A DNA stretch of 54,436 bases from Thainema sp. (lineage in GTDB: Bacteria > Cyanobacteriota > Cyanobacteriia > Phormidesmidales > Phormidesmidaceae), in the NCBI GenBank assembly GCA_052168235.1, contig JBQLZK010000051.1:211-54646 (forward strand), written 5' to 3'. Shown here piece by piece: positions 48,142 through 54,436 of this stretch. The notes under the pieces are model-generated. The model worked only from the letters and a program-made list of their open reading frames with translations, was not told the origin of the DNA and searched no databases. The position numbers were made by a program, and so were the translations under genes. How positions within the stretch are numbered: the stretch's first letter is position 1; each line of letters opens with the position of its first letter.

Positions 48142-49053
48142 CTAGCTTTGCGATCGCACAGTTGCGACTAACTCATCTAGTGCCGCCTGCATCTGCCGCA
48201 CCACTTGCTGATAACAGTCGTCAACATAGCCATGATCGCTCAAGACTTTGCGGCCATAGCGTTCAAACCGAATTGGCGGACACACCTGAGTATAGACTTT
48301 ATGTGGCCAGGGTAGATTGGGCAGTGGGCCAATGGACAAGCCCCAGGGAAGCCCCAGATAGATTGGAAATACCTCTGGATCAACATCAAATAGCCACGGC
48401 ATACCCCACTCATGCAGTTGCCGAGCCTGAGCATAGCAGTCCTGCAGCACAAACAGGGTATCGTGTGCCCCCCAGGAAATGGTCGGTACAATCGGCACCC
48501 CTTCCCGCAGCGCCAGCTTAATAAACCCTTTGTGTTCTGCGAAGTAAATGCGATCGCGCATCTTGTGGGGTCGAAACGTATCCTGTGCTCCACCGGGATA
48601 TACCAGCACGCTGGCTCCTCGGCGCAACGCTGCGATCGCCATTTTGGGATGCGCCCGAATCGCACCCATCTTGGCCGCGATCTGCGCCAACTGAGGAAAC
48701 ACCTCCCACACCGTGGGATGCATCAGTCCATAAACCGGATGATCATAGCCAAAGCGGCAATACCAGTCATAAATCAGCATGTGCATGTCGGGAGCCGCTA
48801 GCCCACCGTTATGGGAACCGACAAACAAAGCGGGTTCCTCTGGTACATGCTGCCATCCGTCTGTTTCCACGCAGAAGTAATGATGATAAGCCCACTCATA
48901 GAAGGGCATGAGTGCTTGGATAGTGGCGGGATCGCGTTCATCAAGCGACCACCCCTGATAGGGCTGACCCGTAGCAGCAGATTCGATCGACGATACTGAA
49001 TTAGAGTTCGGCATTTGGTTTGTGGGAAGATCTGAGAGAGGAGAGACGGGCAC
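48142..49053 (-). CDS. Lysophospholipid acyltransferase (PlsC/DGAT2-like) family protein
   Basis: FVGSHNGG..PD, VYPGG, GFIKLALR..PIVP; the start may be ATG at 49014. Confidence 0.88.
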   Translation of the reverse strand: MPVSPLSDLPTNQMPNSNSVSSIESAATGQPYQGWSLDERDPATIQALMPFYEWAYHHYFCVETDGWQHVPEEPALFVGSHNGGLAAPDMHMLIYDWYCRFGYDHPVYGLMHPTVWEVFPQLAQIAAKMGAIRAHPKMAIAALRRGASVLVYPGGAQDTFRPHKMRDRIYFAEHKGFIKLALREGVPIVPTISWGAHDTLFVLQDCYAQARQLHEWGMPWLFDVDPEVFPIYLGLPWGLSIGPLPNLPWPHKVYTQVCPPIRFERYGRKVLSDHGYVDDCYQQVVRQMQAALDELVATVRSQS

Positions 49054-49187
49054 TGCCTGCCTCTCCTCTCCCAGCCATTAGGATTAATATATGGCGATCA
49101 CCATAGCAGAATCGGGCAGTCGATTAACAGACTACACCCGATTTTGCGATCAACTATTCAAATTTTAATAGTCAACTTTTAATAGCA

Positions 49188-49216
49188 GTAGAGACACAGC
49201 AATGCCGTGTCTCTAC
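49188..49216. repeat. GTAG-type REP palindrome (same core as family D)
   Basis: GTAGAGACACAGCAATGCCGTGTCTCTAC. Confidence 0.75.
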
Positions 49217-49268
49217 TGACCGTTTATTCATGAATTTCGCGGCCTCAGAATACCTCATTCAGAAGATC

Positions 49269-49487
49269 TTACAAATAAGGTGCTTCTGCTTCCGCTTGAC
49301 ACCAGCGACCATCTCGACCTTCGACGTAGTGATCTCGAACGGTCATCCAAGCCACTTCATAGGCAACATCATCGCTCATACCATCAGCAGCCGCACTGTT
49401 AAATGCTGCAATAAAAATGCTTTGTGCTGTGGCGGGGAGCTTGTCACGCACCTCTCGGGGAAGACGTCCTATCCTTGAGCAACCCAT
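49269..49487 (-). CDS. chaB: ChaB family protein
   Basis: LPREVRDKLPATAQSIFIAAFNSA..AYEVAW..V. Confidence 0.8.
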   Translation of the reverse strand: MGCSRIGRLPREVRDKLPATAQSIFIAAFNSAAADGMSDDVAYEVAWMTVRDHYVEGRDGRWCQAEAEAPYL

Positions 49488-49791
49488 AAATCTTAAGAAA
49501 CTCTAAAGAACCTATCTCCACCAAAACATATTTTCTGGGATTCAACAATCTGTTGTAGGGAATAAGAGACAGAAGTCAAACTAACTTAAAGGTGCATCCA
49601 ACAAGGCTTGTAAATTTACGTAAAGTTATACAACTTTTTACGGGCTTGGCTAACGAAAATTAGACCTTAAACTCTGGTATCTAATCGGCATTTACCATCT
49701 GATCCTAGCGTGTCGATCCGGTTCTGCCGATGCTCCTAACGACCTAGATCTAGATAGATGTTGATCAATAGCGGGCCATAGCCCAACGTAA

Positions 49792-49980
49792 CTATTTGTC
49801 AAGGTCAGCACCATAGGCTTGAGCAAAATCATGACTCATATTAATCAGTTTCTCCGCTGTCCAGCTATCCCGGCGCTGAGCTTCGTTGCGATCGCAGTTA
49901 AAGCCGTAGCCTGCTGCTAAACGCTCGCCTAGTCCTAGTAGCCGTCGAGTGGTCCAAGTATCTTTTTTGCGAGTATTCAT
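49792..49980 (-). CDS. Small 62-aa protein with two internal R-x-D-T/S-W-T repeats (paralog 1)
   Basis: AAAGGAG RBS before the ATG at 49980; paralogous to 50089-50256. Confidence 0.75.
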   Translation of the reverse strand: MNTRKKDTWTTRRLLGLGERLAAGYGFNCDRNEAQRRDSWTAEKLINMSHDFAQAYGADLDK

Positions 49981-50088
49981 GATGATCTCCTTTCGGTTTG
50001 ATTTACTTTGATTGGGTTTATTTATGTTTCGATTGATTGACGTAGTAAAAGTTAGGTCGAACAACCATTTACATCCGACTAAAGCGGA

Positions 50089-50256
50089 TTAGAACTGAGC
50101 AAATCCGTTGCTCATGTTAATTAATGCTTCCGCTGTCCAGGTATCTTGCCGCCACACCGTTTGCCGTTCGATGGCTGTGCTGTATCCTGCGGCTAGATCA
50201 TTGCTGAGATTGATGAAACGCTGTGTCGTCCAGGTGTTCTGCTTGCGAGTATTCAT
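50089..50256 (-). CDS. Small 55-aa protein with two internal repeats (paralog 2), not in the ORF track
   Basis: Manual translation MNTRKQNTWTTQRFINLSNDLAAGYSTAIERQTVWRQDTWTAEALINMSNGFAQF*; GGAGG RBS. Confidence 0.75.
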   Translation of the reverse strand: MNTRKQNTWTTQRFINLSNDLAAGYSTAIERQTVWRQDTWTAEALINMSNGFAQF

Positions 50257-50333
50257 GATGCCCTCCGATAGGTTGCTTGCTTTGCTAACAACTTAATCCT
50301 AAGAAACCGTAGCGAAATATACAAAAAATTACA

Positions 50334-50373
50334 CTCATAGATATATGAGCAACTTCGATAGATAAAGTTTATC
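50334..50373. promoter_or_regulatory. Two adjacent dyads in a divergent promoter region
   Basis: CTCATA-GATA-TATGAG (50334-50349) and GATA-N9-TATC containing T-N11-A (50357-50373), LysR-box-like. Confidence 0.35.
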
Positions 50374-50500
50374 CGCTCAATTCTCTACATGTAGCGTTAG
50401 TAAGTGGTGGTGTAACGCTAGAAACTCGACGACGCACGATGGCAGTGCTAACGTCGGAATGTTTTCGATTTGCTTTTTCGATTTAGTGGGGGGAAAACCC

Positions 50501-51457
50501 ATGACTACCGAAAAGTTACAAACTGAGCAGGACACAGCTAACTTGCCGAATATGACGGCTCAGCAGGTTGAGCTGTATGAGCGGATTCAGGCGTTTACCT
50601 TAGAGCAGCCTGACGCTCAGTTGCCGTTCAGCCAGCGGCTAGCCCGCGACAACGGCTGGTCGCTAGAGTATGCTCAGCAGGTGATCGAAGAGTACAAAAA
50701 GTTTACGTTTTTGGCCGTAGCCGCCGATCATCCGGTCACACCTTCCGATCAGGTAGACCAAGCGTGGCATTTGCACTTGAGCTACACACGATCGTACTGG
50801 GAAGAGTTTTGCCCCCAGGTTTTGCAAACTCCGCTGCATCATGGCCCCACGCTGGGCGGACAGGCCGAGAATGAAAAGTTTGACGACTGGTATCGTCAGA
50901 CTCTCACTAGTTACGCAGCGTTCTTTAACCAAGCTCCTCCGTCCGACATTTGGCCCGCACCCGAAGTTCGATTCGGACGCGATTTGCATTTCGTTCGCGT
51001 TAATACTCAACAGAACTGGGTTATTGCAAAGTTTCTAACCCAACAGAAAGCCATGATCGGAATGGCAGTTCTTACGGTAATCTCGCTGGGATACGTTTTT
51101 ACAGGAGCGCTACTCGTATTTCGAGCTAAGTACATCCATTTCACGACTGCCACTCCATACAGGGAATCTGTACCACGTGACTTCAATTCTGGCCTACTTG
51201 CATGTGTTCTAGGTATTGCTCTCTATGGAGGAATATATTTTCTCAAGCAAGTTTTAGATTTTATCGAAAAACCATCACGTCCTACAGTTCTAGGTAGTGT
51301 GGACAGCAACTACGGTGGTGGTTATGGCAGTAGTTTGGACTGGGGCAACTTTGGTGGTGATGCAGGAGGAGGTGATTGCGGTGGTGATGGAGATGGCTGC
51401 GGCGGCTGTGGCTGTGGCTGTGGCGGCTGTGGAGGTGGCTGCGGTGGAGGTGATTAA
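50501..51457 (+). CDS. Glycine-rich-domain (GRDP/DUF1399-like) membrane protein with a Gly/Cys-rich C-terminal tail
   Basis: RLARDNGWS..EEYKKF..PSDQVDQAWHLHL..LHHGP; 2 TM helices; GGCGCGCGGCGGGCGGG tail as in TIGR04222-type proteins. Confidence 0.8.
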   Translation: MTTEKLQTEQDTANLPNMTAQQVELYERIQAFTLEQPDAQLPFSQRLARDNGWSLEYAQQVIEEYKKFTFLAVAADHPVTPSDQVDQAWHLHLSYTRSYWEEFCPQVLQTPLHHGPTLGGQAENEKFDDWYRQTLTSYAAFFNQAPPSDIWPAPEVRFGRDLHFVRVNTQQNWVIAKFLTQQKAMIGMAVLTVISLGYVFTGALLVFRAKYIHFTTATPYRESVPRDFNSGLLACVLGIALYGGIYFLKQVLDFIEKPSRPTVLGSVDSNYGGGYGSSLDWGNFGGDAGGGDCGGDGDGCGGCGCGCGGCGGGCGGGD

Positions 51458-51491
51458 GCCTTGAATGGCTATTAAGTAAGTTCGATATTGG

Positions 51492-51557
51492 GTAGAGGCG
51501 GGTTTTGCCGTCAAATCTACGACACGGTGTAGATTGATCTACTAAACCCGCCTCTAC
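51492..51557. repeat. GTAG-type REP doublet between convergent genes
   Basis: GTAGAGGCGGGTTT ... AAACCCGCCTCTAC. Confidence 0.75.
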
Positions 51558-51583
51558 AGTTTGCCGATTTATTGTCCACGCTC

Positions 51584-52063
51584 CTAAGTGGGGTCAACAA
51601 TGGTAATCGTTCCCACCATGCCAGCTTCAGAGTGACCCGGAATCGAGCAGTGCAACTCGTAGGTACCGGGTTTCTGCGGCACAAATACCCACTCGGCTTC
51701 TGCTCCCGGTCTTAGCTCCAGTTCGTGAATCGCACCTTTGACTTCAACATTGCCCGCATCAACCTTTTGGCTCCAAATCACATCCGCGAAATCCTTAGCC
51801 GTAAAGTAGTGCTTCTGATTGCTGGGGTTGCCCAGCACCAGCTTGTAGCGCTTACCCGCCGTGAACTCTAGCTGATTTGGCTCAAACTTCAGCTCACCCG
51901 CTGCATTGCCCAAATGGACATACATCGTTTCTGGCGTTTGTTGGGACGGGGCCGAAACTGCGATCGCACTTTCCCCACTTGCAAACACCCCAATCCCAAC
52001 CAGCAGCACCAGAACAGCTGACACCATCATCCGCTTCATAGATAAAAGTTGTTGCATCATCAT
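51584..52063 (-). CDS. Secreted cupredoxin (plastocyanin/azurin-like)
   Basis: Signal peptide; KHYF and CSIPGHSEAGM type-1 Cu ligands. Confidence 0.9.
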   Translation of the reverse strand: MMMQQLLSMKRMMVSAVLVLLVGIGVFASGESAIAVSAPSQQTPETMYVHLGNAAGELKFEPNQLEFTAGKRYKLVLGNPSNQKHYFTAKDFADVIWSQKVDAGNVEVKGAIHELELRPGAEAEWVFVPQKPGTYELHCSIPGHSEAGMVGTITIVDPT

Positions 52064-52104
52064 GAATAACCCTATTGATCACATCATCGATTACACCCAA
52101 GTTT

Positions 52105-52203
52105 TATACCAAGGTATAAGAACCCAATTTATTTTTTGTGAAACGTTTGCTCCGCAAACGTTTCACAAAAAATAAATTATGGGTTTTCAACCCAACTTGA
52201 TAT
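52105..52203. repeat. ~100-bp palindromic element, family C, copy 3
   Basis: TATAAGAACCC..TTTGTGAAACGTTTGC-TCC-GCAAACGTTTCACAAA..GGGTTTTCAACC..ACTTGATA. Confidence 0.9.
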
Positions 52204-52205
52204 CA

Positions 52206-53165
52206 CTATTCCTGCATCAACTGCTCTAGGCGATTCAGCAGCGTTTCCAGTTCCTTCACTTTGCTCGATTGCCAGTTTTTCTGGCGTTTAGCCTGTTTGG
52301 ACACCGCCGTCAGCCGCTCGACGAGCTTCTGTTCGCACGATTTCCGCTGATTAGGAGCAGGCTGATTAATTTCTCTGACGCGAGCTTTAATTTCCCGCAC
52401 CGAAAGCTGCTGATGTAGTACGTCTTGTAGTAAGTGACCGCGAGCGGCTTCTGATTGAACTTTGGCAATTTCCAGCGCTTTGGTGTAATCCAGCTTGCCT
52501 GCCAGGTGAGCCTGCCGCACTTCCTGCGGTAGATTGAGCAGCCGCAAATGCTTAGTGCGAAAGGTTTCTAGGTCAACGTTAAAGTGATTGAGCAGCGAGA
52601 TAATGGACTGCAATTCGGGGCTGGGGGAATCGTTTCCCCCAACTTTTTCACGATGGCGAGGATGGCCTTCTGACTGGATAAGTGCGATCGCATCTGGCCG
52701 AGCAATGCCAAACTTTAGCTCAATTAAATCCAGAATCCCCTCGGTTTCTTCCAGCTTGCTGAGGTCTTCCCGCAGCAGGTTTTCCACTAGGGCAAATTCT
52801 AGCGCCTGCTCGTCGTTGTAATCGTCAACGATGCAGGCCACCTGTTCCAATCCCGCTTCCTGAGCCGCCCGATAGCGACGCTCTCCGGCCACCACCTCAT
52901 ACTTGCCGTTGCCCAGCGGACGAACGTTAATCGCGCCTTTGAACCCCTGCTGCTGAAACGAATTTGCGAGGGCTGTAATCTTAGCGGGATCAAAGTAGCG
53001 GCGCGGCTGGCTGCTAGCGGCCTGAATTTGGTCAAGCGCAATCCACACCGCTGCGGCATCCGGTGCGGGATCATCGGCTACATCGGCGCGAGGAGACGAC
53101 ATAATGCCGCTGAGGACACTGGCTCCCGCTAATCCGAATTGTTTGGGCAGTTTCTTCGAGGTCAT
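52206..53165 (-). CDS. parB: ParB/Spo0J partition protein
   Basis: QPRRYF, VAGERRYRAA, ALVENLLREDL. Confidence 0.92.
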   Translation of the reverse strand: MTSKKLPKQFGLAGASVLSGIMSSPRADVADDPAPDAAAVWIALDQIQAASSQPRRYFDPAKITALANSFQQQGFKGAINVRPLGNGKYEVVAGERRYRAAQEAGLEQVACIVDDYNDEQALEFALVENLLREDLSKLEETEGILDLIELKFGIARPDAIALIQSEGHPRHREKVGGNDSPSPELQSIISLLNHFNVDLETFRTKHLRLLNLPQEVRQAHLAGKLDYTKALEIAKVQSEAARGHLLQDVLHQQLSVREIKARVREINQPAPNQRKSCEQKLVERLTAVSKQAKRQKNWQSSKVKELETLLNRLEQLMQE

Positions 53166-53944
53166 GGTAGTTTTGCGATCGCGTTCGTAATCGTCTCCAA
53201 AATTTGGTTGGCGTCATTACGGGGAGAAAAAAGCGCCAGTGGCTGGTGCATCGCTGCTGCATTCGCGAAATCTGTGCGGCGCGGAATCGGTGGAAACACA
53301 ACGGTTTGCTTAAAGTACTCGTGAGATTTGAGCTGCTCAAACACCGTTTCAATGGTGTCGAGGGCAATGCGTCCCTGAGACGTGCGTTCATCATACATGG
53401 TGGGAATCGCGCCCGCGATCCGCAGGCTGGGATTCGCCTCACGCACCACTTCATAAGTGGTTTGAATCAGGTTGATCGTCGCCTCCACCGACTTGTATTC
53501 CGTTTGAATCGGGATCAGCAGATAGTTCGACGCCACTAAGCACATCACCGACAGCAAACCCAGACTGGGCGGGCAGTCCAGCAGAACGTAATCGTAATCA
53601 GATTCCACCTCTTTCAGTCGATCCCGCAGCCGATACTCCCGCCGCAGTTGGTGAAAGAGCTGCATTTCCGCCTGACTGAGATAGATATTAGCCGGAACGA
53701 TATCACAGTCATGAACTCCCGCCTGAATCGGTAATGGATCTTTATTTAATAAGCTGTTTTGCACAGTCTGCTGCAGTTCAAATGGGTTCAGTCCCATAAA
53801 CGTCGTCAGAGAAGCCTGGGGATCCATGTCTACCAGCAGCACCCGCTGTTTACGTTTAGCCAGGTGATAGGCCAGGTTCATGGTCAGCGTGGTCTTTCCC
53901 ACTCCCCCAGACTGATTGAATAACGCAAGGATTTGAGCGGTCAT
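53162..53944 (-). CDS. parA: ParA/Soj partition ATPase
   Basis: NQSGGVGKTT, DMDPQASL, DCPPSLG; ATGA overlap with parB. Confidence 0.93.
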   Translation of the reverse strand: MTAQILALFNQSGGVGKTTLTMNLAYHLAKRKQRVLLVDMDPQASLTTFMGLNPFELQQTVQNSLLNKDPLPIQAGVHDCDIVPANIYLSQAEMQLFHQLRREYRLRDRLKEVESDYDYVLLDCPPSLGLLSVMCLVASNYLLIPIQTEYKSVEATINLIQTTYEVVREANPSLRIAGAIPTMYDERTSQGRIALDTIETVFEQLKSHEYFKQTVVFPPIPRRTDFANAAAMHQPLALFSPRNDANQILETITNAIAKLP

Positions 53945-54282
53945 TAGGTCTCCTTTGGATTCCTGTTTGATGGCGATTGGGCTGAGCTTTCGATTGATCC
54001 GCGAGTCAAAACCAGATATCGTATCCGTTCTCGCTAGCTTTGATCAAACAGGTCAATTAAATCAATCATGAACATTAGGTCAGGGCAAACAACCGTTACC
54101 CATAGGACTCAATTGCTGTAATGCTTGGCGCTTCAATTACGGCGATAGCGGCAATTTTCGATTGTATTGTATTGAATATTGGGTCGCTCTGAACAACAAA
54201 TTTAGCGACTTGACCAAACTTGTTTGGGAATGGTTGAGAAAAATTGTAGTACGGGATTGGATGTTAGGTAAGTGCTGAGTGC

Positions 54283-54388
54283 TAAGGAGCGTGGATTAAA
54301 TAAGGTGAAATATTTGGGGTAGAGACACGGCATTGCCGTGTCCCTACGGATGGAACGATTTACAGGCTATTTAATTCGCAGTCCTAAG
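54283..54388. repeat. ~105-bp element with a GTAG REP core (family D), inverted copy of 10703-10807
   Basis: TAAGGAGCGTGGATTAAAT...GTAGAGACACGGCATTGCCGTGTCCCTAC...TTTACAGGCTATTTAAT. Confidence 0.85.
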
Positions 54389-54436
54389 AACCTATCCGAA
54401 AACCGATGTTGTTCGGGAGATGAGTGCTTAAGGTGA

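Noticed and set aside
52130..52175. GTGAAAC..GTTTCAC next to parB as a parS site
   Set aside because: The half-sites are in the wrong order and spacing for parS, and the sequence is part of a dispersed family C repeat.

Overview
Cyanobacterial DNA (dense HIP1 GCGATCGC octamers, heptamer STRR-type repeats, and cyanobacteria-style signalling genes), probably from a filamentous Leptolyngbya-like organism (inference). The window holds about 35 intact genes. They include a Ser/Thr kinase-AAA-GAF-PAS-His kinase, a MerR+vWA pair, a YbdK-like ligase, ttcA, rarD, cyanophycinase, a NACHT-pentapeptide STAND NTPase, a hybrid response regulator/kinase, chaB and parAB. There are four pseudogenes or remnants and many ~100-bp palindromic MITE/REP-like elements. 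The most striking signal is an integron-like locus without an integrase at 11.9-14.0 kb. An attI-like repeat region is followed by a 1.85-kb cassette whose first bases (GTTGTACCGCT) are the exact reverse complement of the R'' end of a canonical 86-bp attC site. The cassette carries a yybP-ykoY Mn riboswitch, a TMEM165/GDT1 Mn exporter and a cytochrome-b-like membrane protein. Other candidates for uncharacterised systems are a TetR-controlled GH3/DedA/AsmA-DUF1400 operon, an FHA-flavoenzyme operon, and a tandem pair of tiny repeat proteins, one of which is missing from the ORF track. All calls come from reading the sequence by eye; no database searches were run.
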